Source of the DNA: an uncultured virus (IMG/VR IMGVR_UViG_3300021964_006850)
Taxonomy: Duplodnaviria > Heunggongvirae > Uroviricota > Caudoviricetes
IMG/VR virus record: IMGVR_UViG_3300021964_006850
Direction: 5' to 3' (one strand)
Length of the DNA stretch: 20,000 nt
The notes under the pieces are model-generated. The model was not told the origin of the DNA. It was given only the letters and a program-made list of their open reading frames with translations, and ran no database searches. The translations under genes and the position numbers were made by a program. Positions 1 through 9,304 of this stretch are shown here, one piece after another (positions within the stretch are counted from its first letter, which is position 1; every line of letters starts with the position of its first letter).

Positions 1-1489
1 CGCCACCACCAGATGCTGTAAATGTAATTGTTCTATTTGTTGCTGACGTTGTAATAGTCATGCCTGTGCCGGCAATTAGTTCGATACTGTCTAATGTACT
101 TTCAGCACCAATTATGCTTTGTCCTGCTACAGTAAACTCTGCAAAAATATTTTGATCTTCGTTTGGTGATGTATTTGTAATTGTAAGTGTATCAGCAACA
201 ATCTGTGTGCTAATACCAGTACTACCAATAATGTTAAGTGTATCAGTCGCTGTGTCAGCAGTTGTATTTCCTGTTTCACTTGAGAATGTTGTAAACACGT
301 TTTGCGGAGTAGTCGCAGAATCCACATATGATTTAATAGCACTCTGTGTTACAAGTCTTGTTCCACTATTTGCAGTAAATGCACTATCGTTATCAATACG
401 GTTGACTGTAACAGCATCACCGGCAAAGTTTAAACTTGTTGTAGAAGTTAGTGTTCCACCACTTAGTGTGCTTGTAAACGTAAAGTCACCAGCACCATCT
501 GTTTTTAAAAACTGATTTGCATCACCGTCTGTAATGCCAATGTCTGTCAATGTTGCTGGAGAATCTGTAATGCCATATCCTGCCAATGTAGTTGGTGTAT
601 TTTGTACGTCTGAAAAGTTTGGTTCGTTAGTTTGATTAACCCAACTAATTCCGTCATACCCTAAAATTTGTCCGCCTGTTGGATTTGAAATAGAAAGATC
701 TGATAAATCGTTTATTGCATAACTTGGTTTGTTAGTAACGTTATTCCAATCCAAATAGTGTGTGCCATCAAATCCGTCAAGTGTATCTGCGTTAAGTCCA
801 CTACCGCCTGATGCAATATCATCTCCAGGTACCCATCTTAATCCATTCCATTTTAAAACTTGTCCTGTTGATGGTGGAGTAGTTTGTGTATCAACATCAA
901 TCATGTCACTGATGTCATTTGGAATAATTGGCTTATTGCTTAGATCATTGTAACTTCCGGTAGTTGCTACAGTTGCTAAACTTGGTCTACCAGTAATTTC
1001 TGAGTATGCTATTGCAGTGTTTACCCAAGCAGTTCCGTTGTACTTTAAATATTGTGCATTGGCTGGTGCAGTAAGGGTAACGTCAGTTAGTCCATCAAGT
1101 GCAGTTGCACCTCCACCACCACCACCTGAGCCAACACCAGTTGCTTCGATAGTTAATGTGTTTGCTTGATCATTGTATGTAAGATTAATACCAATACCAG
1201 CAACAAGTAAATTTGCTACACGATCGTCAACACGTTCGTTTGAAAAATAAAGTTTTGTACCTTCAACAATATCGTCTGTATCTTGTGGAATAGTTGGAGT
1301 ACCAATTAGGTCAGCATATTGACCACTGAAAGGATTATACAGTACTCCCGCGATTGTTAAACTTGTTGCGGCAACATTACCTGCGCCTACAATACCTGAA
1401 CCAGTTAAGTTAAGGTTATCACCGATGGGTAATTCTTTTAACTTATTACCGTCATCTGTATCTACAATTAGTGGTATTCTATCTGCCAT
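1..1489 (-). CDS. Phage tail fibre-like structural protein, truncated at the window edge (>=496 aa); not in the supplied ORF track
   Basis: ATG at 1489-1487 with a TAGGA SD-like site and TATAAATA upstream. Open frame runs off the left edge: MADRIPLIVDTDDGNKLKELPIGDNLNLTG... It is G/T/S/D-rich with repeated fibre motifs (LDGLTDV..APANAQYLKYNGTAWVN, STGQVLKWNGLRWVP, TGGQILGYDGISWVN, NADTLDG). Confidence 0.85.
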   Translation of the reverse strand, partial: MADRIPLIVDTDDGNKLKELPIGDNLNLTGSGIVGAGNVAATSLTIAGVLYNPFSGQYADLIGTPTIPQDTDDIVEGTKLYFSNERVDDRVANLLVAGIGINLTYNDQANTLTIEATGVGSGGGGGGATALDGLTDVTLTAPANAQYLKYNGTAWVNTAIAYSEITGRPSLATVATTGSYNDLSNKPIIPNDISDMIDVDTQTTPPSTGQVLKWNGLRWVPGDDIASGGSGLNADTLDGFDGTHYLDWNNVTNKPSYAINDLSDLSISNPTGGQILGYDGISWVNQTNEPNFSDVQNTPTTLAGYGITDSPATLTDIGITDGDANQFLKTDGAGDFTFTSTLSGGTLTSTTSLNFAGDAVTVNRIDNDSAFTANSGTRLVTQSAIKSYVDSATTPQNVFTTFSSETGNTTADTATDTLNIIGSTGISTQIVADTLTITNTSPNEDQNIFAEFTVAGQSIIGAESTLDSIELIAGTGMTITTSATNRTITFTASGGG

Positions 1490-1507
1490 TTTGTTTTCCT
1501 ATACTCA

Positions 1508-1515
1508 TATTTATA
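1508..1515 (-). promoter_or_regulatory. T4-type late promoter TATAAATA
   Basis: Exact TATAAATA on the minus strand, overlapping the stop codon of the 146-aa gene, 18 nt upstream of the ATG at 1489. Confidence 0.7.
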
Positions 1516-1951
1516 ACGCCGCTATTCTTGTTTGGAAGTCTGCAAAGTCGGCACTTGCCGCTACTTCTGTTTTTAATGTTGCTATACTTACGTAACCTGG
1601 AATTGTTCCGTTAACACCATCTACAAGTAATGTTGAATTATCAGCAAAAACTGATCCTACTAAATCACCAACTACAGGACCAGTATGTGTTCCTACTGTA
1701 TTGTTGTTAAGTGTTCCACTTACTACTGATGCAGGAATTAATCCATTAACAGCATCAACAAGTAGAGTACTATCATCTGCAAAAATACTTCCTTTGGTAT
1801 CTTGAACTTGAGCAACAGTTCCATCTTCGAGTACAGTTACTTTTCCATACAGTTCTGTAAAGTTATCATTGACTTTGCCAAACGCTGTACGGATTGGATC
1901 TCCGTCTCCTTTGTTTGCACTTGAACCAATGTTTATAATTCTCTGTGCCAT
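1511..1951 (-). CDS. Small virion structural protein with T4 gp9/gp10-like N-terminal motif (146 aa)
   Basis: N-terminus INIGSSANKGDGDPIRTAFGKVNDNFTELY resembles the T4 baseplate gp10/gp9 N-terminus. Two internal GS(I/V)FAD(D/N)STLLVD(A/G)VNG repeats. TAATG overlap with the upstream giant gene suggests translational coupling. Confidence 0.75.
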   Translation of the reverse strand: MAQRIINIGSSANKGDGDPIRTAFGKVNDNFTELYGKVTVLEDGTVAQVQDTKGSIFADDSTLLVDAVNGLIPASVVSGTLNNNTVGTHTGPVVGDLVGSVFADNSTLLVDGVNGTIPGYVSIATLKTEVAASADFADFQTRIAAL

Positions 1952-4900
1952 TATACTCTCCCTACCACTGCTTCAATAGTGCCATAGCCGGGATCCTCCT
2001 TGGCTTGCAATGCTTTACCTATCACAGTTCCTACTTTAGGATCTTGGCTTGCAATAGCATAACCTGGAATACTTGCTGAAACAAGCATATCACCTTTGCG
2101 TACTACGCCAACTACATTTACAGGAACTCTACCCTGTAATGCAATCGCTGTAACATGATCGCCCTCTGCACCTGCGTTCATTAAATAACCTGGTTTCTCT
2201 GAAACAACACCTGCTACCCTTGTGTCATCTTTCATAGAAGTAACTGTTACTTCTTGTTCGCCACCAAATATTAATACACTACCAATTTCATAATCTGCAT
2301 CTGCAAGATAGTTCTCTGCCAAGTCAGCGTATAGTGCTGTATTTGCTTGAGCACTTGTTGAAATTGCATAAACATTTTGAAAGCGTTTTAGTGTACTACC
2401 TAAATCATATACATCAGTTTCACCTGGTAACAGTGTTGTATTAGTTACAACAAGTCTTGCTGTGCCACCTGTAACAAAACCAATTTGGTCTGCTGATGTA
2501 AATCCAGTGTCTGCACCAATACCAATACCAGTTGAACTATTATCACCTTCACCTGGTGCTTCAACAAATGAAGTGTAAGTCCAGTCAGCGGCTATGTAAT
2601 TTTCGCCAGCCAACGCACTGTTGTTTTGGAATGTACTTTCTGCAGACTTAGCATTACCTATGTTTAGGTTACCAATCATATTATTGTTAGTAACTCCGGC
2701 GCCTGTTGTTTGTGAACTTAAGAATAGTGTCGAACCTGGATTTGTAAAGTTTACAGTTGTACCTGACGTATCAATAATTCTTGCACTATCAACTTCTAAT
2801 GCTTGTACATTAATTGAACCATCTGTGTGTGTTTTGACAATAGCACTCGGTGCACCAATTGTAGTAAATGTACCTCCTGATTCTACAATAGTTGAGAACG
2901 GAATAGCACTTACATCACCTGTTGCACTATCACCTTGTGCTCTACCAATTACACTGTCATCTGGAATGTTTGCTAATTTTTCAATTGGTAGTTGACCATC
3001 GTCAATGCTAATAAAGCCGTTGTTGCTACTAAACACAACACTATCAAATACTGCAAGACCTAAGTTGCCTTGTGTTATTCCTGCCGCTGATGCTCTTACA
3101 CCAGCCGCCTGCATATTAAGTTTGCTTTGTGCAATTTGTGCACCAGCGTTAACATCTGCGTTTACAATACTGCCGTCGGCAATACCTGTCGAAACAGTTT
3201 TATCTGCGGCATTATATGTAAATTCAAAGTAACCTGTTGGTGTAGCAGTGTCCCAATTAGAACCTGTCCAAACAATAATATCATTATTATCTCTGGTACC
3301 ATTTGCACCAGTACCATACATTAGAGAATCACCAAATGGTGTTCTACCATCTACATAACGTTTGTTAGTAGCATCAAATGGATCACCTGGATCTCCTAAT
3401 GCTGTTAGATTATTGTTTCCGAAACTAATGTTTGCACTTGGTGATGTTGAACCATCACGTGCAATAAAGCCAGCACCAATTGGATTTGTAACTGCAAGTG
3501 AAGTTTCGTCAATTCCTAAACGTCTGTTTACATAACCTCTTACTGCTGATTCAGTTGGTGCAGAGTCAACAGCATTATCTGTCATACCATCATCACTTGA
3601 GAATTCAGTAATAACAACACCACGTTTAAATCCAATACCATCCAAGTTACTTAAAGCAATACTTGCGGCAAATGTAACTCGACCTGTACCTTGGTCAACT
3701 GTAAAGAATCTACCTACACGGAAGAAACCGTCTTGGTCAGTTGATACATAGAACACTCTACCTTTGTCACGTTCTTGTACTTCGTTTGCTTGTTGCGGTT
3801 CTTGTGGTGCACCAAAAATCTTACTTGGATAGTTAGAAGTATTAAATCCTCCTGATCCAATATCGTTGAAGTCATGTCCAGTTGCTCTTGCTACAGAAAT
3901 ATTAACTGTAAGTCCTGCATTTTCACCGTTGGCTAATCCAACACGTAAAGTAATTGCATCTGAAGATGCTACTGGAGAATGTAATCCTGCCGCTACGATC
4001 GAATCGCCTAATGCCGCATCGTTAATATCACTGACATCTTCAATAGTAATTAAACCATAATCTGCTTTTTGTGAATAACTTAGAATTCTATGTGTCTTAC
4101 CATCCCAGGCAAAAATCATATCACCGTTGTTAAGTCTGTTAACTTCTGATTGTTCTGAGAGTGTTGTAATAGCAATTACAGTGTCACCTGCTGTAGCACC
4201 TTGTGTACCACTTGGTGCATATGTAGTATCCGAAACATAATTTTGGTCTACTATCATTCTAATGTAATCATAGTTAGAATCAAATGTGACCAACTGCTGA
4301 TTAGCACCTGGAAGTGCGCCACCAATAGCATCAGCCCCGTTAAACGCAATAGTTCTATATGTAAAGTCATCTTGCTCGTCAAACACAATAGCAGTTGATG
4401 GTCTAATAACTGCTGTTTCTTCGAGGTTATCAAACACAAAGTTTTGTAACTGTCTAATAACAACTTTTTGGTTATTTGAAAGTGCTAATGCTAAACCGTC
4501 ATTACCGGTAATGTTTAGTTTGTAAATAGTACCATTTCTTGAAGCACCTGCAACATCTGTTTCATCTGTAGATTGAATACTTGATACTTCATACCTTACA
4601 ATACCTGTCGAACCACCGTGGTCTATTTCAATCTCTGAAATGTTAGTAGGAATATAATCTACGTCATAGACATATATAATGTTTTTACCTGCAACGTTAA
4701 TAGCACTTGTACCGTTATCAAATACACGAGCAGTCTGTACCATTTTCTCTACAAGAGTAATTTGATCAATAACTTCATTTGGATCTGAGCCTGCCGCTAC
4801 CAAACCATAGTTACCATTTGAGTTAGATCCGTTTAGTGATCTAATCTGCGAACCGTTGTTTGCCATGTATGCCGCATGACAGTAATAAGTGAATGTTGAT

Positions 4901-7900
4901 ACTTGCTCTGTTAGTGCGCCGTTGTTAACAACAATACCGTAACCTAAATCGTTAACCTGTGTATAGTCGTTTGCTAACATTGAAGTGTTACCAGCACTTT
5001 GTAGTACAATATCTGTAAAGTCTGCAAACTGGAATCCATTGCCATCACCTGATGTTGGATTTAGGAATAGTGTTGCAGTACCTGCCGCCTGGTCATAATT
5101 TGTAACAGCATCAACTTGATAACGTACACCTTGAATATAGAAAGGACATGGTGTTTCTGGACGTCTTTGTCTTAGTCCACTACCAACGCCACTTGATACG
5201 TTTAATGTAAATGCATCATCTTTGCTAACAACAGTCATTGTTAGGTTAGATGTAAAGTTATCAATATACATACCACCTGCGAATACTTGTTTGTTTTGTG
5301 ATCTACTAAACGATCCACAAACCTGTACGTAAGGTGATTTAATTAGAATCTGTCCATCTGGGTCAAGCACTTGAGCAAAACCACCGTGACCCTGCATTGT
5401 AACGTTCATGATTCTGTTTGAATCGTTCATCATGAACACATCAATTTCATTGTTGTTCTTAGGTGGATTGTAATTAGTATCAAATGCAAATTTAACACAG
5501 TCAATCAAGTTATTGTGGTTAGTTAATGCATTAGATTCTGCTACTGCTTCTGCTGTAGTATTCTGTGTTACAGTTGATTGTCTACTATCTGCAAATGCTG
5601 TTTTTGCTAATACTGCCGCACCAATTGTTTTAATGTAGTTGATTGCGTCAGTAGTTTCTGTTTCTTGTCCACTAACTGCACCTTTGTAATATGCCGCTTG
5701 GTTAGCAAGTGAACTTACTCTGCCGCCGTCGGTTAAGTCGCTTACTAATCCGTCAACAATTAGTCCTGTATCTCTACGACACTTGCTTTCGTTGTATGTA
5801 AGTGTAGGATAAGTTGCATTAATATATGCAATAGTTTCTTCAACAATAAAGTTTTTGTTTAATTGAATTAACTCAGAAGCATTTGGAAATTCTCCAGGAT
5901 TATCAAAACCACTTGATCCTTGGTTAACTGCTTTGGTAGGATCAACAGTATAATGATAACCGTAACGTGGATCTCCCAAGTCAGGTAAGTTTCCTAAGCC
6001 GTTATTGATAACATCAATAATGTTGTTCATTAGTGTTGTTACACGAGTATCTGTGCCAGTTTCAAATGCACTTAAACCTGTTGTTTGACTTGTTACAGTT
6101 TGTAATGGTGTGTATGCGGCCTGTGGTAAAATTGTGTTTACTACAAGGTCTCTTGTAAATGCATTCGCGGCCGCTGTTTGTGCTTCTTGCCCGTTAATTA
6201 AACTCTGTGTGCCTACATAATATTTTGCCGCGTTTTCATAAGTTTTAGCATTACCATTGTATTTGACATCATGTGCAATACCGTCGAGAATAATTCCTAC
6301 ATCTCGTTCACACTTTGCTTCGTTGTATGTGAAACCATCCCAAATGCTACCAGGTGTTGCACCTGCAATTTCGTTTGTAATAAATTGAATTGTTTCGTCT
6401 TTGATAAATTCTTTGTTTTGTTGAATCAATTCAACAGCATTAGGATTATTAGTAGGTAATAATTCTAAGCCATCAAAGTTTGCATCTCTGTAGAAGTATG
6501 TGTTAATCCATTTTGATTGTGATGCTCTACGTGCCGGACGGATCTGACAACGTCTAAAGTCTGTACCTTTAATAGAACAGTTAGCCGGAAGTTTAATTGG
6601 ATAGTCTTCATAGAAGATGCCTGATTCTACGTGAATACAAATTTGAGTTGTATTTGTAAAGTTACCATATTCAAACTTTTCTTCTAATACAAATGTCTTT
6701 GGCTCAATTAATTGAACACGGATTGTATCTTCGTTTGCTCCACGGGTGTATTTTACAATTCTACCTAATGCTCCTGACGTTTTACCTCTCATAATTTTAC
6801 CTGGTAAAATATCAACATTGTTTGGAGCACCTTGGTCCACATATCCTGCACCGCCGTTTTCAACAACCAATGTAACAGTTGAACCTTCAATCAATGTAGT
6901 TGTATCAAGTGTACCTAATCCGTTTTCAATAATGTTTGTTGAAATATCAATTTTAGAAAGCACTGCATTTCTTACAGTAGATGTAACTGTTTGATCAGTG
7001 TCAATAACTTGTGTAACACCATCTGTATTTCTTACAGGAGCAACTGTTCCATTCTGTAAAATGATATTGATAATTGTTTTACCGTAGTTGATACCTGCAA
7101 GTAATTCTGTAATCTGTGTTCTTCTTTTGATTTGTCCTTGCACACTTGCATAAAATCTTTTACCAAATTGAATTGCATGATAGTTTGCATTAAGTCCATT
7201 TTCAATATCAATTGCAAGTCCAGCAACTAAGTTGTTCATGTCTTTTTCCCAATCTGTTTCATCAAATTGGAATGTTGTGTAAATTGATTTTACATAAGCA
7301 ATAATTTCTTTAGCAATAAATGTTTGATTTGCTCTTAACAATGTTGCCGCAGGTGCACCGTCTGTGTGTTCAGATGTTATGCTTTTTGAATTAATTACTG
7401 ATTCGCCAGTACCATCGCCGTAAGTAACTGTTTGCACATATGCACCTGGTTCAAGCGGAGCAGTAGAAACAAGTTCTTCAGCCTTTTCGCAGGCCTTACC
7501 AATAGTTTTATAAGCAAATTGTAAAGAACGTCCTTCTTTACCTACTGGTGAAAATTCCTGTGAGTCGTCTCCATTTGTTCTAACATATAAATCAACAATT
7601 GAAGTAAAACTTGAATTGTCTACATAAAATTTAGAAGCCGCCTGTAAATCATCTACATCATTTGGTGTTCCACTACCTGCAAGGTTACCTGGATGGTCAT
7701 GCAAGTAAAGTGGACCTGTCATGTCATCACCCTGTCTACGTACAGTAGAACTTCTTGGTAATGCTTCTGTGCTTAGGTATGAACCATATAATGCACTGTT
7801 GTAATCATTGTCAACTAAAGTATGATCGCCTCCAGGATTTCCTGAAGCGCCTTGGTTTGCACTAATTTTGTTTGTGTTTGCAATAGCATCACCTGCTGTT

Positions 7901-8616
7901 GGGTGCAAACTCAATTGGTTAGCATTTATAAATCTTACATAATAAACTGTGTTGATTGTAAGTTCCGGAGCCGCACTACCGCCACTTACTTCATACTTGA
8001 AAGGTGTTCCGTTAATATTATGATCAAAACCATGTCCTACAATAATTAGGTTGTTATTAATGAAACTACCAATTGCAAGAGTATACTCAGAACCATCAGC
8101 AGGCTCTGATCTCATTCTGTTTGCAGTAAAACGTTTCTGATAACTTACGTCATTGTATTTCTTATCAGCAACAAGATCACCTACCTGAATACTTGTGCTG
8201 TGAGTTGTGTTAAATGCTGTTGCCGAAGCATCAGTAATAGGACCAATGTTACCTAATGTATATTGTCCAGAGCCATCAAGGAAACCACCAATTTGTGGTT
8301 GTAAGTCTGAATTAATTCTACCACCACTGTTTGTAATAACAAGTTGATCTGGATCAGTGTTGTCTACAAGAATACCAGGACCACCTACAACGCTTTTCAT
8401 TAACAGTGAAGAACCACTGTCGTTCGAAACTGGAATCTTGTTTGCACCTAATTCTTCTGGTGTGTCCGAAAGTGCTGTAAAACGAATTGTTCCGCCTTGT
8501 CCAAATACTGCATAAAGTTCTGAAAAGTTTTCGTTAGTTTTACCAAACGCATCACGGATACTATCACCCGTTGCGTCATTTCCTTCAACACCGATATTAA
8601 TCACTCGTTTTGGCAT
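1951..8616 (-). CDS. Giant virion structural protein (2221 aa): gp9/gp10-like N-terminus, beta-helix tailspike-like core with three inserted phycobiliprotein-like helical repeats, C-terminal autocleaving chaperone-like (peptidase G2-type) domain
   Basis: INIGVEGNDATGDSIRDAFGKTNENFSELY at the N-terminus. Beta-helix cap motifs (YVRTNGDD..AYKTIGKA, IHVESGIFYE.YPIKLPANCSIKG, MLANDYTQVNDLGYG). Three ~130-150-aa helical repeats. C-terminal ADLAE..GVVS..PGYLMN..GRVPV..KGDMLV..VIGKAL. Confidence 0.8.
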   Translation of the reverse strand: MPKRVINIGVEGNDATGDSIRDAFGKTNENFSELYAVFGQGGTIRFTALSDTPEELGANKIPVSNDSGSSLLMKSVVGGPGILVDNTDPDQLVITNSGGRINSDLQPQIGGFLDGSGQYTLGNIGPITDASATAFNTTHSTSIQVGDLVADKKYNDVSYQKRFTANRMRSEPADGSEYTLAIGSFINNNLIIVGHGFDHNINGTPFKYEVSGGSAAPELTINTVYYVRFINANQLSLHPTAGDAIANTNKISANQGASGNPGGDHTLVDNDYNSALYGSYLSTEALPRSSTVRRQGDDMTGPLYLHDHPGNLAGSGTPNDVDDLQAASKFYVDNSSFTSIVDLYVRTNGDDSQEFSPVGKEGRSLQFAYKTIGKACEKAEELVSTAPLEPGAYVQTVTYGDGTGESVINSKSITSEHTDGAPAATLLRANQTFIAKEIIAYVKSIYTTFQFDETDWEKDMNNLVAGLAIDIENGLNANYHAIQFGKRFYASVQGQIKRRTQITELLAGINYGKTIINIILQNGTVAPVRNTDGVTQVIDTDQTVTSTVRNAVLSKIDISTNIIENGLGTLDTTTLIEGSTVTLVVENGGAGYVDQGAPNNVDILPGKIMRGKTSGALGRIVKYTRGANEDTIRVQLIEPKTFVLEEKFEYGNFTNTTQICIHVESGIFYEDYPIKLPANCSIKGTDFRRCQIRPARRASQSKWINTYFYRDANFDGLELLPTNNPNAVELIQQNKEFIKDETIQFITNEIAGATPGSIWDGFTYNEAKCERDVGIILDGIAHDVKYNGNAKTYENAAKYYVGTQSLINGQEAQTAAANAFTRDLVVNTILPQAAYTPLQTVTSQTTGLSAFETGTDTRVTTLMNNIIDVINNGLGNLPDLGDPRYGYHYTVDPTKAVNQGSSGFDNPGEFPNASELIQLNKNFIVEETIAYINATYPTLTYNESKCRRDTGLIVDGLVSDLTDGGRVSSLANQAAYYKGAVSGQETETTDAINYIKTIGAAVLAKTAFADSRQSTVTQNTTAEAVAESNALTNHNNLIDCVKFAFDTNYNPPKNNNEIDVFMMNDSNRIMNVTMQGHGGFAQVLDPDGQILIKSPYVQVCGSFSRSQNKQVFAGGMYIDNFTSNLTMTVVSKDDAFTLNVSSGVGSGLRQRRPETPCPFYIQGVRYQVDAVTNYDQAAGTATLFLNPTSGDGNGFQFADFTDIVLQSAGNTSMLANDYTQVNDLGYGIVVNNGALTEQVSTFTYYCHAAYMANNGSQIRSLNGSNSNGNYGLVAAGSDPNEVIDQITLVEKMVQTARVFDNGTSAINVAGKNIIYVYDVDYIPTNISEIEIDHGGSTGIVRYEVSSIQSTDETDVAGASRNGTIYKLNITGNDGLALALSNNQKVVIRQLQNFVFDNLEETAVIRPSTAIVFDEQDDFTYRTIAFNGADAIGGALPGANQQLVTFDSNYDYIRMIVDQNYVSDTTYAPSGTQGATAGDTVIAITTLSEQSEVNRLNNGDMIFAWDGKTHRILSYSQKADYGLITIEDVSDINDAALGDSIVAAGLHSPVASSDAITLRVGLANGENAGLTVNISVARATGHDFNDIGSGGFNTSNYPSKIFGAPQEPQQANEVQERDKGRVFYVSTDQDGFFRVGRFFTVDQGTGRVTFAASIALSNLDGIGFKRGVVITEFSSDDGMTDNAVDSAPTESAVRGYVNRRLGIDETSLAVTNPIGAGFIARDGSTSPSANISFGNNNLTALGDPGDPFDATNKRYVDGRTPFGDSLMYGTGANGTRDNNDIIVWTGSNWDTATPTGYFEFTYNAADKTVSTGIADGSIVNADVNAGAQIAQSKLNMQAAGVRASAAGITQGNLGLAVFDSVVFSSNNGFISIDDGQLPIEKLANIPDDSVIGRAQGDSATGDVSAIPFSTIVESGGTFTTIGAPSAIVKTHTDGSINVQALEVDSARIIDTSGTTVNFTNPGSTLFLSSQTTGAGVTNNNMIGNLNIGNAKSAESTFQNNSALAGENYIAADWTYTSFVEAPGEGDNSSTGIGIGADTGFTSADQIGFVTGGTARLVVTNTTLLPGETDVYDLGSTLKRFQNVYAISTSAQANTALYADLAENYLADADYEIGSVLIFGGEQEVTVTSMKDDTRVAGVVSEKPGYLMNAGAEGDHVTAIALQGRVPVNVVGVVRKGDMLVSASIPGYAIASQDPKVGTVIGKALQAKEDPGYGTIEAVVGRV

Positions 8617-8625
8617 ATGTTACCC

Positions 8626-8952
8626 CTAAAATCCTATTGACTCACCACAACCGCAACTTGATGTTGAAGCAGGGTTTTCTATTGTAAAGTATGATCCGAA
8701 TACTTCTTTTTTATAGTCTATTGTGCTACCGATCAAATACATTATGCTGGCATTGTCCATAGCAAACTCTCCGTTATCAAGTTTAACAACTTCGTCATCT
8801 AACTCTTTACTATCATCTAAAGTCCAGTCATATTTGAATCCAGCACAACCACCGCCTTTTAAACTCAAACGCACTATTGGTTTATTGTGTTCTTTAAGCA
8901 TACTATTCATATGCTCTACAGCGTTTGGCGTTAGTTTTACTATATCCGACAT
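8626..8952 (-). CDS. iscA: A-type Fe-S cluster carrier (HesB/IscA/SufA/ErpA family)
   Basis: Signature motifs LT.NA, RL..KGGGCAGFKY, YLIGSTIDY, F.IENP...CGCGES with all three Cys. AGGAG SD at 8961-8965. Confidence 0.95.
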   Translation of the reverse strand: MSDIVKLTPNAVEHMNSMLKEHNKPIVRLSLKGGGCAGFKYDWTLDDSKELDDEVVKLDNGEFAMDNASIMYLIGSTIDYKKEVFGSYFTIENPASTSSCGCGESIGF

Positions 8953-8968
8953 ACTTCCTTCTCCTATG

Positions 8969-8975
8969 TATTTAT
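8969..8975 (-). promoter_or_regulatory. Late-type promoter ATAAATA for iscA (and probably the downstream giant structural gene)
   Basis: ATAAATA upstream of the SD; the same core motif precedes several other genes in the window. Confidence 0.6.
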
Positions 8976-9005
8976 TATATTTTTTGTAATCCGAATGTAA
9001 TTAGG

Positions 9006-9011
9006 TAAATA
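9006..9011 (+). promoter_or_regulatory. Late-type promoter TAAATA, predicted leaderless start at 9017
   Basis: TAAATA-gtttt-ATG with no SD in between. Confidence 0.6.
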
Positions 9012-9016
9012 GTTTT

Positions 9017-9304
9017 ATGTTTGTTAGAACAGAACAAGAAGTCAAATGGTACGTTAGAAAGTCTAAAAAAGGAAAAACACACCCTTACAAGCGTGTAAAG
9101 ACTGTGGTTATATTTGAGTGTGATAGTTGCCACGAAGAATTTAAGCGTGACAAGGGTAAAGTTGATTCTAAAAGATTAGATAATTCATACAACCATGTGT
9201 GTCCAAGTTGCGATCCTAAACGATTTGCACAAAAGAAAGGCGTCGAACAAAGACGCAAGTTGAACACAACGGTTGATATTTTAATGACTATTGATCAATT
9301 ATAA
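9017..9304 (+). CDS. Small basic zinc-ribbon protein (95 aa), probable nucleic-acid binder
   Basis: Two CxxC pairs (ECDSC, VCPSC), K/R-rich, TAAATA 5 nt before the ATG. Confidence 0.8.
   Translation: MFVRTEQEVKWYVRKSKKGKTHPYKRVKTVVIFECDSCHEEFKRDKGKVDSKRLDNSYNHVCPSCDPKRFAQKKGVEQRRKLNTTVDILMTIDQL

Noticed and set aside
127..8049. Short alternative ORFs within the structural genes (e.g. 207-515, 2621-2995, 6746-6994)
   Set aside because: Fully nested in or antisense to long coding frames, with no initiation signals or motifs.
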